Assembly: GCA_900315705.1 (NCBI GenBank)
Contig: ONAB01000002.1
Location: 60,399-124,398 of the forward strand
Direction of reading: 5' to 3'
Origin: an uncultured Bacteroidales bacterium
GTDB lineage: Bacteria; Bacteroidota; Bacteroidia; Bacteroidales; WCHB1-69
DNA: 64,000 nucleotides
Both the position numbers and the translations under genes were made by a program. Positions 27,646 to 38,318 of this stretch are shown piece by piece (within the stretch, counting starts at the first letter, position 1; each line of letters begins with the position of its first letter). The notes beneath the pieces are model-generated. The model had not been told where the DNA came from, searched no databases, and worked only from the letters and a program-made list of their open reading frames with translations.

Positions 27646-29673
27646 TTATTGTTTTTTCTTTGTGGTGTATTTTTGGTTAGGATGGTTTATCATTTCTGGG
27701 ATGGTATAGAAAAGTTTACCTTGTGCCATAAGCGGGTTTATATAATGATTGCGTAAGAAAACCATATTTCTATGTAACAGGATTGAAATTTCATATATAC
27801 TAAACGGATGTAAATCACACAATTCAATTAGCAATTTTTTCATCTCTTCTTCAGGCGCTCTTTTCCCAATTTTAAAAATTTTCTCTTTCAATGCTTCCGG
27901 CAATTCATCAGCTCCATACATTTCTCCATCTGCTCCATACATTTCTCCGTTAGCTCCATACATTTCTCCGTTAGCTCCATACATTTCTCCGTTAGCTCCA
28001 TACATTTCTCCGTTAGCTCTACTTATTGTTCCGTCAAGCTTACCATTTTTTCCGTTAGGTTTTCTATTTTCTCCCGTAGGTATACCATTTTCTCCATCAA
28101 GTTTACCATTTTCTCTGTCAGGTTTACCATTTTCTCTGTCAGGTTTTCCGTTTTCCCCCACAGGTTTACTATTGAGCTTTATGAATTCCGGCCCAGCAAT
28201 ATAGTAGGCGTTTCGTTTCTGTCCTTTCAGTTCAAACAAGCCTGCTTTACACATGCGATGCAGGTCAAAAGTGGCTTTTCTGGACGTGATATCACTGTTT
28301 AACTGACGATAAGTAATGTTGTCAATCGCGCCCAATTCACGGATAAAAATCAACGATAACTTTTGTTCGTTATTCAATTCATATTTGGCAAATAGCGAAA
28401 GCCATTCGATATCGTCTCTCCCCAGTAAATGATGAAATAGCAAACGGGTTGTAAACTTGTTGGTTTCTCTATTCGATTCAAAAGTTGGAGGCATCAGCTT
28501 CGCCTTTTTCATCTGTTCACGCATTGTATTGATACCAGACCCCTTTGTCTCAGCCAAATTGGTTTCATGGAAAATCGAACTTATATACTGGTTTCTCAAT
28601 TCTGAACCTGGCTCACCAAGGTGTTCGGGCGATTTCAAGGAATAACCTGGATTTGTAATTTCCAAACGATTAGAATATCTAATAATTTGAATGGGTTGGT
28701 TCACTCGAAACGAACGGTGAATGAATGCGTTAACAATAGCCTCACGCAATGTGTCGTTTGGAATGTCAATAGGTGTTGAGGCTTGCAGGTTGCCGTCTTT
28801 AAGTTCAAAGCCTTTGGGCAAATCATCTGTAATGGCACTCAACGCACGATTGACCAAAAGAATAAAAGCACCGCGCATGTCAATCGTCGATTCAAAACGC
28901 CTGTCAGGATTCTCCACCCATCTGTTACCGGAAACTCGAATATAATCAACTCTTAACGCAGGCATCAATCGCCTCAAAGCCATTGTTCTTCCGAAAACAA
29001 TCAATCCAGTATAGGTAAGGACATACTCTTCTGATTTATCTTTCTCACAAGCTCTCAAGGCCAACAATAGGTTGGTGTCGTCGTAAGTTAATTCTTCGGC
29101 ATTTGGATTAACCTTTTCTCTCAATCTCCTATAATATGACAATGCATTTTCATCAATGTCGTCCAGACTTGAGCCTTTAACGATAGAGCAATCGAAACTC
29201 TCTGCTGAGGAATAGAAAACAGGCATGTCGTCCTCAGTACATTTTTGATCCGACGGGCCTATTCTACGATACGCACCTTGTGGTAGACCTCTCTTTTCAA
29301 AATAAACAGGCTTTTGCGACAATGGCGCTTCATCTACTTTCACAACGATAACTGTTTTGCCGTCAACCACCTCTGTTTCAATCTGTGGACGAATGCGTAT
29401 GTTAAAAACCGAGGCACATTGGTTGGCAATATCTGTTTGGATTTTATCAGGATTCTCAATGTTTTCCGGCTCATAAACGGGAAAACCGTTCTCATCAAAC
29501 CCTTTCCTCACGGCTCCCAAAAGAATATAGCCGCCATCCAAATCGGGTTCGTTGGCAAAAGCACAGATGGTTTCCAGAATGCTCTTTCCTACTTCCGAAG
29601 CTCTTTTTGCCTCAATTCTGACACCTTCATCGCCAGCATTCAATTCATTGAATAGTTCTCGTGCCATTCTCAT
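27646..29673 (-). CDS. AlbA_2 (Schlafen-type) + HATPase_c_4-like putative DNA-binding regulator with tandem-repeat linker
   Basis: N-terminal ICAFANEPDLDGGYILLGAV block. Central EAIVNAFIHRSF...ITNPG...LRNQYIS...ETKGSGINTM block. Heptad repeats ENGKPDR and ANGEMYG. The track start (29682) is TTG; ATGs at 29673 and 29667 are more likely. Confidence 0.7.
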   Translation of the reverse strand: MRMARELFNELNAGDEGVRIEAKRASEVGKSILETICAFANEPDLDGGYILLGAVRKGFDENGFPVYEPENIENPDKIQTDIANQCASVFNIRIRPQIETEVVDGKTVIVVKVDEAPLSQKPVYFEKRGLPQGAYRRIGPSDQKCTEDDMPVFYSSAESFDCSIVKGSSLDDIDENALSYYRRLREKVNPNAEELTYDDTNLLLALRACEKDKSEEYVLTYTGLIVFGRTMALRRLMPALRVDYIRVSGNRWVENPDRRFESTIDMRGAFILLVNRALSAITDDLPKGFELKDGNLQASTPIDIPNDTLREAIVNAFIHRSFRVNQPIQIIRYSNRLEITNPGYSLKSPEHLGEPGSELRNQYISSIFHETNLAETKGSGINTMREQMKKAKLMPPTFESNRETNKFTTRLLFHHLLGRDDIEWLSLFAKYELNNEQKLSLIFIRELGAIDNITYRQLNSDITSRKATFDLHRMCKAGLFELKGQKRNAYYIAGPEFIKLNSKPVGENGKPDRENGKPDRENGKLDGENGIPTGENRKPNGKNGKLDGTISRANGEMYGANGEMYGANGEMYGANGEMYGADGEMYGADELPEALKEKIFKIGKRAPEEEMKKLLIELCDLHPFSIYEISILLHRNMVFLRNHYINPLMAQGKLFYTIPEMINHPNQKYTTKKKQ
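27911..28015. repeat. perfect 21-bp tandem repeat x5 (coding, in frame)
   Basis: Unit gctccatacatttctccgtta repeated five times head-to-tail (the first unit differs at 3 nt). Encodes ANGEMYG x5 on the minus strand. Confidence 0.95.
28030..28172. repeat. degenerate 21-bp tandem repeat (about 6-7 units, coding)
   Basis: Units related to aggtttaccattttctctgtc, two of them identical. Encodes ENGKPDR/ENGKLDG-type heptads. Confidence 0.85.
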
Positions 29674-29734
29674 AATCTGCAAATTTATGAATTAAAACTT
29701 TCCGAGATGATGATCTCAGGATAAATTCAAAACG

Positions 29735-29742
29735 CAAATATA
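29735..29742 (-). promoter_or_regulatory. candidate -7 box (reverse complement TATATTTG)
   Basis: 62 nt upstream of ATG 29673. Confidence 0.35.
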
Positions 29743-29907
29743 CAATTTTCTTCGCAGTTTTAATTGGGTTGTGGCTCCTTATTTCAACAAAATATTATCA
29801 AAACTCAGCACTCTTATACAGAAAATTTGCAAACCGTTGAAATACAATAAAATAGATTTCCGTTCGGCGAAATGGCGAAATTTTATTCGGCGACTTTGCG
29901 GAAAACA

Positions 29908-30405
29908 TCATTTCAACCTAAACGGCAAAAACCTCCCCACCCTCTTGCAATACTCTTCGTACTCCTCGCCGAAGTCGTGGCGGAGACGTTCTTCTTCGGT
30001 ACGCACTTGCACGAGCATGATGGCGACAAAAACCACGAAGACGACCACCGATTGCCAGGTCCAGAGCCAGAGGCAACAGCCTATCAGATAGACGAATATG
30101 CCAGTGAGCATCGGGTTGCGGCTGAGACGGTAGGGACCGCCGGTCATCAGATGCTTGGTGCGTGAGGCGACCTCGTGACCGAAGGCGTCCATCGGGTTGC
30201 CGTCGCCCACGCGGCGCATATAGACGATGGCCCAGATGCTCAAGAACAGACCGTCGATGACACAGAAAATGGAGATGCCTGCCAAAAACGGGTGTGGCCA
30301 GCTGAAAGACGGCATCTTGGAGCAGAGCCACATAATCACGGGGATCAGCACCACAAACAGCAGGAAACCGAGTGCATAACCGAATGTTTCTTTCAATTTG
30401 TCCAT
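29908..30405 (-). CDS. ICMT/phospholipid-methyltransferase-family membrane protein
   Basis: GGPYRLSRNPMLTGIFVYLIG...EERLRHDFGEEYEEYCKRVGRF signature. Confidence 0.7.
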   Translation of the reverse strand: MDKLKETFGYALGFLLFVVLIPVIMWLCSKMPSFSWPHPFLAGISIFCVIDGLFLSIWAIVYMRRVGDGNPMDAFGHEVASRTKHLMTGGPYRLSRNPMLTGIFVYLIGCCLWLWTWQSVVVFVVFVAIMLVQVRTEEERLRHDFGEEYEEYCKRVGRFLPFRLK

Positions 30406-30431
30406 TACACCATTATTACTTATAGTTTAGT

Positions 30432-31169
30432 TTACAGAATCATCGCCCGAATCCTCCACGCCACCTCCTCCGGATGATCCACCAATAGCTGGCCGTGGTT
30501 CATCTTCGGGAAGACCTCCACGTGCGCTTCCGGACAGAGCGTGAGCAGATGCTTGGCCTGCGGCTTGGCAACAAAGGCCTCCTTAGTGCCGTGCCAGTAG
30601 TGTATGTCGGCTCCGTGAATGGATTCCAACTTGTTGGTATAGACGGATTTGTATCCTTCTAACACAGCGCGTGTTTTGTCCGAAGGGAACACTTTCTTAA
30701 CTTCGTCCAAAAGCACGTCGAAGTAGTGCGAGTGGAACAGCCACCGCCAGAATCCGGTCCAATGGTAGCAGGTCCAGACATTGAAGGCCTGGTAGTAGCG
30801 AAGCGGTCCCACGCTCCATTTCGGCAGCGGCAGCAGCGGCGCGGCATCCATAATAGCGTGGTCGATGACAATTTCGTCGCGCTCCAGCATCCGCGAGAGG
30901 ATTTTGCCGCCCAACGACAGTCCGTAGGCGACATCCAGCCGCCCGTCGAGGTTCTCCTGCACGTAGCGGATGGCCTGCGCAGACTGGTCATCAACAGAGG
31001 TGAAACGGGAGGGTTTGCCGAGCAGGAAACCGTCAACATCTACCGTGATGATGTGAAAATCCTCCTTCAACCATTCTATTAACGGAAGGAAAATCTCGTG
31101 CGACACGCCCAAACCGGGAAGCAGCAGGAGTTTAGGTTTACTACGTTCGCCGTAAATATGGAAATCCAT
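30432..31169 (-). CDS. alpha/beta hydrolase
   Basis: LLLLPGLGVSHEIF oxyanion region and GLSLGG nucleophile elbow. C-terminal HG. Confidence 0.7.
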   Translation of the reverse strand: MDFHIYGERSKPKLLLLPGLGVSHEIFLPLIEWLKEDFHIITVDVDGFLLGKPSRFTSVDDQSAQAIRYVQENLDGRLDVAYGLSLGGKILSRMLERDEIVIDHAIMDAAPLLPLPKWSVGPLRYYQAFNVWTCYHWTGFWRWLFHSHYFDVLLDEVKKVFPSDKTRAVLEGYKSVYTNKLESIHGADIHYWHGTKEAFVAKPQAKHLLTLCPEAHVEVFPKMNHGQLLVDHPEEVAWRIRAMIL

Positions 31170-31199
31170 AGATCAATCAACAATAGGGCAGCACTGTTA

Positions 31200-31910
31200 T
31201 TAGCGCGGTTTGACAACCGAGCCACCAGATGCAGGGCAGTTGACATTGGGATGACACTCTTCAGAGAAGGTCCCGTATGTGAGCGTGCTGGCTCCGCTGA
31301 GTTCCACATTCAGAGCAGAGCAGACCGTGACATCGGCATCGCTGGCGCCACTCATCTCCCCAGACACCGACATTGCGGAAAGGTCAGCCGCTTTCAAAGT
31401 GCTGGCCCCGCTCAAGTCAATATCCATCTTGGTCTGACAAACTCCGTGTATAATGGCATCCGAAGCGCCCGACAGGTCTATATCCAGTTCTGTGGCCTCA
31501 ACAGTGCCCCGATAGGTTGAAGCGCCGGAGAGTTCAATGTCCACATCGGCACCTCTAAGGTCGCCCGTGAACGAAGAAGCCCCGCTGAGTTCAAGGTCGC
31601 TCAGATTGGCATTGGCAGGGATGACAGCTACGGCTTTAGCGTTTGGTTGGAATCCGAATGTGTTCGGTTTGAATCCGATTTGCAATTCACCGTCAACGAC
31701 TCTCACCACGACCCGTTCTAGAGCCAGTTCGCCCACCGTGACAACCACATCGGTCACTTGGTCGCTGACCGTCACCTCGAAAGCATTGCTCACGTCAAGT
31801 TTTGTGTATGGGGCGTTGACGGGATAATTTCTGGTGGCAGGATTACCCCAATCTTTTGTGCATCCGAAGAATAAAATGCTTATAGACAGCATAATGAAAA
31901 TGTTTTTCAT
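31200..31910 (-). CDS. beta-helix repeat lipoprotein (DUF2807 / head-GIN-like)
   Basis: N-terminal signal with FFGC lipobox. Six roughly 22-aa repeats, each containing LSGAS(D/T/S). Confidence 0.6.
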   Translation of the reverse strand: MKNIFIMLSISILFFGCTKDWGNPATRNYPVNAPYTKLDVSNAFEVTVSDQVTDVVVTVGELALERVVVRVVDGELQIGFKPNTFGFQPNAKAVAVIPANANLSDLELSGASSFTGDLRGADVDIELSGASTYRGTVEATELDIDLSGASDAIIHGVCQTKMDIDLSGASTLKAADLSAMSVSGEMSGASDADVTVCSALNVELSGASTLTYGTFSEECHPNVNCPASGGSVVKPR

Positions 31911-31939
31911 AATCAGATATTTTAATCGGTTAGTTTTGG

Positions 31940-31947
31940 CAAAGATA
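31940..31947 (-). promoter_or_regulatory. candidate -7 box (reverse complement TATCTTTG)
   Basis: 30 nt upstream of ATG 31910. Confidence 0.45.
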
Positions 31948-31981
31948 CGATTTTTGTTTCATCACAATGACCAACGCAGCG

Positions 31982-34103
<2,122 letters not shown>

Positions 34104-34128
34104 TGTAAGGCAATTTAATTTGAGGGTG

Positions 34129-34136
34129 CAAAGATA
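34129..34136 (-). promoter_or_regulatory. candidate -7 box (reverse complement TATCTTTG)
   Basis: 26 nt upstream of ATG 34103. Confidence 0.45.
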
Positions 34137-34194
34137 GTTATTTATGTTTCACTTATATCTTGACATTTTTCCATATTGTAAGATGTTTAGTGTT

Positions 34195-35532
34195 TTAATC
34201 ACGTGAAAATGCGCGGAAGAACTCCCACGTGTCGCGGTGGCCGTCGCGGTAGGTGAAGCTCCACTGCAGTTTCTTCTCCGTCAGCGTGTCGAGGTGGAAC
34301 TTATACTCGTAGTCGATGCTGCCGCCTATGACTTTGATGATCTCCTGCGTCAGTTCGTCCTCTTTCTCTTTGTCGGCCTCTACTAACTCCATCCGGAAGC
34401 TCTCCTTGATGCCGGCGAAGTAGAAATCCTCCCCTTCCAAACGCCACTTGCTGGGGCTGATGTAGTTGAACACATACGTCACTTTCTTGCCATTCTGAAG
34501 GGTGGCGATATAGACTTGCCGGGCGGAGTCGAGGGCGGTGCCGTCGGGGTGGAAGTCCATCGTGCCGGTCTCGTACACGTCGAGGTGGGCGCCTTTGAGG
34601 TCATAGTTGAAGGCGTGTGCATAGTCGTAGTGCCCTTCAACCTTCGGCGCTTTGCCATTCGGTTCCGCTTCATATTTCCACCAATCCTCATCAATGGAGT
34701 ACAAGAAGTCGTAATACATACACAGCGGATCACCTACCCAAGCGTGGTTATCCCAATCAAGGTAGGGTTTCCAGCCGAGATCATAATATTCCTCGCCCGG
34801 GATAAACAACCCGCACCCGCCATCCAGCCTTTTGGATTCGGGAATCCGAAAGTCGCCCCAGTTGCAGGTGAGCGTGTCGTTTGTGACAAGATCAACCCAT
34901 TTGCCGGCATATTGGTTATTGCTATATCCGTCTGCAACAATCATCATAGCATCGTAATAAACACTGTCATTATGCACCAGATAGTCGTAAGTGGAGTGAC
35001 CGAAGAGCCGGGCAACAGGTAATGGCCCTATGGCGGCTTCCATCTCATAATGGGCATAGACCGCTCCGCATTCCGATATGTTTTTAATAAGATCGTCAAC
35101 AGTACGACATTCGTCAAAAGTCACCACCGAATCGATAAGGATGCGGCCGTGGATATGGCAGATTTCATCCTTGCAGCGAGAGCGCGCTTTCATCTGATAG
35201 ACCGTTGGCGAGACTTTATACACCGTGTCGAAATGGATATAGAAACGCTGGAAGTTGTCGCCCCTGAAACCTAACGGCTCCGGACGATGCAACCAACGGT
35301 CATCCATAGGTTCATTGCCGTAATCAATCCATTCTTTTTTCGCAGTTTCAGTCCACCAGGAATAGATTTCATCGGTAGGTGCCGTGTCAGGGTTGATGAC
35401 CGTGGTGGAGAGATCATAACGTTTCAGGAATGATTTCTCGTGGCTTTGTGCATAGCCGGTCATCCGTCCCAGCAGCAGTATTGAAATGGCCACCGTTATT
35501 ATCCGTAACCCTTTGAAGAATATTGTTTTCAT
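34195..35532 (-). CDS. secreted protein of unknown function (paralog of 16059-17249)
   Basis: Start set at ATG 35532 (MKTIFFKGLRIITVAISILLLG signal peptide). Shares FQRFYIHFDTV, YYDAMMIVADGYSNNQYAG and CNWGDFRIPES with the other copy. Confidence 0.7.
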   Translation of the reverse strand: MKTIFFKGLRIITVAISILLLGRMTGYAQSHEKSFLKRYDLSTTVINPDTAPTDEIYSWWTETAKKEWIDYGNEPMDDRWLHRPEPLGFRGDNFQRFYIHFDTVYKVSPTVYQMKARSRCKDEICHIHGRILIDSVVTFDECRTVDDLIKNISECGAVYAHYEMEAAIGPLPVARLFGHSTYDYLVHNDSVYYDAMMIVADGYSNNQYAGKWVDLVTNDTLTCNWGDFRIPESKRLDGGCGLFIPGEEYYDLGWKPYLDWDNHAWVGDPLCMYYDFLYSIDEDWWKYEAEPNGKAPKVEGHYDYAHAFNYDLKGAHLDVYETGTMDFHPDGTALDSARQVYIATLQNGKKVTYVFNYISPSKWRLEGEDFYFAGIKESFRMELVEADKEKEDELTQEIIKVIGGSIDYEYKFHLDTLTEKKLQWSFTYRDGHRDTWEFFRAFSRD

Positions 35533-35546
35533 ACTGACCATTCGTA

Positions 35547-35936
35547 TTAAGACTGCAGCTTCGCCATAAACTTCGCGCTCTCCACCACAAACCGTTCGTG
35601 GATGCCTTCGCCGACGAGTGTTTCTCCTTCGAAGCATTTCACAGAGAAGACCAGACGGCGGCGATCGACTTCGGTGAGTTCGGCCTCGCAGCGGATGGTC
35701 GCGCCCACAGGACTGGCTTTCAAGTGCTTGATATTGACGGCGATGCCTACGGTAGTGTTGCCGTCACCGATTTTGTCGCACACGGCCATCAGGCAGGTTT
35801 TCTCCATCAGGGCGATCATCGCGGGGGTGGCGAACACCTCCAATGCGCCGGAGCCATAGACCGCGGCGGTGTCTTTGTGCTCCACCACAAGTTGCTCGCT
35901 GTGGCGGAGACCGGTAAGGTTGTTAAATTCGGTCAT
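35547..35936 (-). CDS. hotdog-fold thioesterase family protein
   Basis: Start set at ATG 35936 (MTEFNNLTGLRHSEQLVVEHKDTAAVYGSGALEVFATPAMIALME...). Resembles FlK-like small thioesterases as I recall them. Confidence 0.7.
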   Translation of the reverse strand: MTEFNNLTGLRHSEQLVVEHKDTAAVYGSGALEVFATPAMIALMEKTCLMAVCDKIGDGNTTVGIAVNIKHLKASPVGATIRCEAELTEVDRRRLVFSVKCFEGETLVGEGIHERFVVESAKFMAKLQS

Positions 35937-35955
35937 AACAAGGTATTTTGGGATG

Positions 35956-35963
35956 CAAAAATA
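35956..35963 (-). promoter_or_regulatory. candidate -7 box (reverse complement TATTTTTG)
   Basis: 20 nt upstream of ATG 35936. Confidence 0.5.
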
Positions 35964-36080
35964 CAACTTTAAATTATACAAAGTTCACCACCGCAAACAC
36001 CTACGGCACACGGAAAACACCGTGGCAAACAAAATCGCCGGCAAGTTCATCCGATCAATGGCAAAGGAGGGCTGCTTAAT

Positions 36081-36944
36081 TTACCGCGTAATTTGATCTG
36101 AAGTTTTCTTCAACCTAGGACAATCATTCAAATTCTTTTTGAAATTCCTTTGCGGAAAACCTCGCATAGAATACCATCCTTCAGTCGTTTTATATGCGAC
36201 ATTCACACTTGCTGAATGCGACAACATTCGAATCAGATACTTGTAAGGCATAAGCAAAGTCTTAACGCCTCCTGCCGCACTTGAAGAATCGACAAACACC
36301 TCATCTTCATATAAAACATCCACCACAGTGTATGTACTGTCATAGAAAGCGATTTGAACACTGTCCATTTTGTAATCTTGGAAGTTGGTGATTACGAAAC
36401 TGGCAAGAGGATCTTCACCATCCTTATCTATGGTAAGAATCATATTGGCAAAGTGCCACGGGGTTTGCCAGGGGTCTGGGGTAATCGTGTAGCACATAAG
36501 TTCCACATCTGTCGAGTACACGGTTTGCCAATCCATTAGGCGACTGATCGACTCGCTTGAACAATCGCATTGTAGAATCCGTTCATCCCTTGGCGCTTGT
36601 GCCCAAAAGTTATCCGCCGTGGCCCGCATCATCAGGGTAAACTCAAACGCAGAGTCATTGGCAATGACCTCAGCCATTCGGTCTATCATTCGGCACACCT
36701 GATCCGCATGGGCTTCGACAGCTTGGGTGCTATCTTCCAGAAAATAATAGACGGAATCTATCAAATTGATAAGCGAGAGCCGTTGGCTGTCGTTGATTTC
36801 ATAATCCGCTGCCCAACTCCGCAGGAAATCCGGCCAGCGAACCGCCTCGGTTTCTTCAGTTGCTTTTTTTGCGGTGCTGCAAGAGGAGAGCGCGAAGAGG
36901 CAGAGGGCGAGAATTGCGAATTGTATGTACTTCAGGTGTTTCAT
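36081..36944 (-). CDS. lipoprotein of unknown function
   Basis: Start set at ATG 36944 (MKHLKYIQFAILALCLFALSSC lipobox). No family recognised. Confidence 0.55.
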   Translation of the reverse strand: MKHLKYIQFAILALCLFALSSCSTAKKATEETEAVRWPDFLRSWAADYEINDSQRLSLINLIDSVYYFLEDSTQAVEAHADQVCRMIDRMAEVIANDSAFEFTLMMRATADNFWAQAPRDERILQCDCSSESISRLMDWQTVYSTDVELMCYTITPDPWQTPWHFANMILTIDKDGEDPLASFVITNFQDYKMDSVQIAFYDSTYTVVDVLYEDEVFVDSSSAAGGVKTLLMPYKYLIRMLSHSASVNVAYKTTEGWYSMRGFPQRNFKKNLNDCPRLKKTSDQITR

Positions 36945-37232
36945 TGTTATTATTTGTTTTATTTTTCTGAATATATCGGCATCTTTTCCTGGTGTTTTGA
37001 AAAAATCGGCGATGCTTATTTTGGAATTTCGGGTGCGAAACATGAATGAATGATGGTCATTATCAAGAAAACGACTTTGTTTGTTTTACTTGGCGTGTCC
37101 TGATTGTTCGTTTCTTTATAGTTGTTCATACTGCTTTGAGATAGGCGTTAAAATAATTTGTTATCTCTCCCAGTAAGTCATCGGTTTGTCCTTGACATCT
37201 CCTTTTTCATTTTTCGACGGGGAAGTAGATTC

Positions 37233-37433
37233 CTATGCCTTTGATGGGTGATGATCGATTTTTTCATTTTCCCCCGCCGGTTCATGTTTTTTTTCCTTTT
37301 TCTTCCCAAAATAAATTAGAACAATGCCTAACGCCAGCCAAAACAAAGGGCCAAAAACACTGTGTCCGGCGGCAAGACCACCGATAAAAGCGAGACCGCC
37401 TATTGCCGTAAAAATATAGCCTGCAATTTTCAT
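37233..37433 (-). CDS. small membrane protein (66 aa)
   Basis: Two hydrophobic helices and a Lys/Glu-rich tail. Lies 3 nt after the stop of the upstream small ORF. Confidence 0.4.
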   Translation of the reverse strand: MKIAGYIFTAIGGLAFIGGLAAGHSVFGPLFWLALGIVLIYFGKKKEKKHEPAGENEKIDHHPSKA

Positions 37434-37436
37434 AAT

Positions 37437-37625
37437 CTATTCCTCCATTTTTTCAGGTTCAACATTATCAATTTTCTTTGAACAAAGCACTGCGATCAAA
37501 CCGATGACGACATTGAGTAGCGAGATGGCGAATGCCAGTCCAAAACCTATTTTCCGAGTGCGACCCAAACAGCCGATGCCATATGCGAGACTTACCGCGA
37601 TTACTAATAAAATGATCTTTTCCAT
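37437..37625 (-). CDS. small membrane protein (62 aa)
   Basis: Two hydrophobic helices. Directly preceded by conserved cassette A. Confidence 0.4.
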   Translation of the reverse strand: MEKIILLVIAVSLAYGIGCLGRTRKIGFGLAFAISLLNVVIGLIAVLCSKKIDNVEPEKMEE

Positions 37626-37636
37626 TATTTGTTTAT

Positions 37637-37704
37637 TTTATTTGTTACATCTCTTTATGACAAATTACCGCCAAAGGTTAACAAGCCAACAGATTTATTT
37701 TTCG
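37637..37704. repeat. 68-bp leader/promoter-like cassette, copy A
   Basis: About 90% identical to 38251-38318. Its minus strand still reads ...RKINLLAC-stop, a relic of the helicase gene 3' end. Confidence 0.8.
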
Positions 37705-37792
37705 GTGTCCATTGCTTGAAAATTTGATTATCATTGCCTAGTCTATATTACAGTTTTCAGCTTCCCTGCGTAAAAAAGCGTGATGTTGTTTC

Positions 37793-38077
37793 CTATTTTA
37801 GGTAATTGCAAGCCAACACAATAGATGAAACAACCCACAAGAATGTAAACAGTAAGCAAATTATTCTCGTTCTTTTCCTTATTCTGCTCATCTTTTCACT
37901 TTCTTCGGTCAACTGTTTGTTTTCTTCCTCTAATAAATTGATTTTTTCTTTAAGTCTCATTTCAACATCATCTTTTCTAAGTATGATATTGACGAGTTCT
38001 GTTTTTGTCTTGTCTAAAAGCGCCATATCTTGTTCGTTTTTATTGTGTGATTCTTGTTTCATTATTGCCAACCTCAA
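37793..38077 (-). CDS. coiled-coil protein with C-terminal TM anchor (94 aa)
   Basis: Lys/Glu-rich heptad-like region (LKEKINLLEEENKQLTEESEKM) followed by IICLLFTFLWVVSSIVLAC. Confidence 0.4.
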   Translation of the reverse strand: MRLAIMKQESHNKNEQDMALLDKTKTELVNIILRKDDVEMRLKEKINLLEEENKQLTEESEKMSRIRKRTRIICLLFTFLWVVSSIVLACNYLK

Positions 38078-38240
38078 TTCTCTCTTTGTATTTCATTCTT
38101 CGCCGGATAGCCAGTATGATCATTGGCCATGCGATGATAGTACACAGGATGTCCATCACCCAACTGGCGACACTTTCATTGAATTCTACATTGGAGTTGA
38201 ATTCGGCAATTTCTTCAGGGGTCATTTTTTCTTTTTTCAT
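38040..38240 (-). CDS. small membrane protein (66 aa)
   Basis: One clear TM helix (VMDILCTIIAWPMIILAI). Preceded by cassette B and overlaps the next ORF by 38 nt. Confidence 0.4.
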   Translation of the reverse strand: MKKEKMTPEEIAEFNSNVEFNESVASWVMDILCTIIAWPMIILAIRRRMKYKERIEVGNNETRITQ

Positions 38241-38250
38241 TTTATTCTTT

Positions 38251-38318
38251 TTTATTTGTTATACCTCTTTATGACAAATCACCTCCAAAGGTTAACAAGC
38301 CGACAAATTTATTTTTCG
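38251..38318. repeat. 68-bp leader/promoter-like cassette, copy B
   Basis: tttatttgttatacctctttatgacaaatcacctccaaaggttaacaagccgacaaatttatttttcg. Includes the last 8 codons and the stop of the helicase gene. Confidence 0.8.

Noticed and set aside
27911-28172. Possible CRISPR array or minisatellite
   Set aside because: The units are contiguous 21-mers with no spacers. They lie inside a long ORF and keep its frame, so this is a coding tandem repeat, not a CRISPR array.
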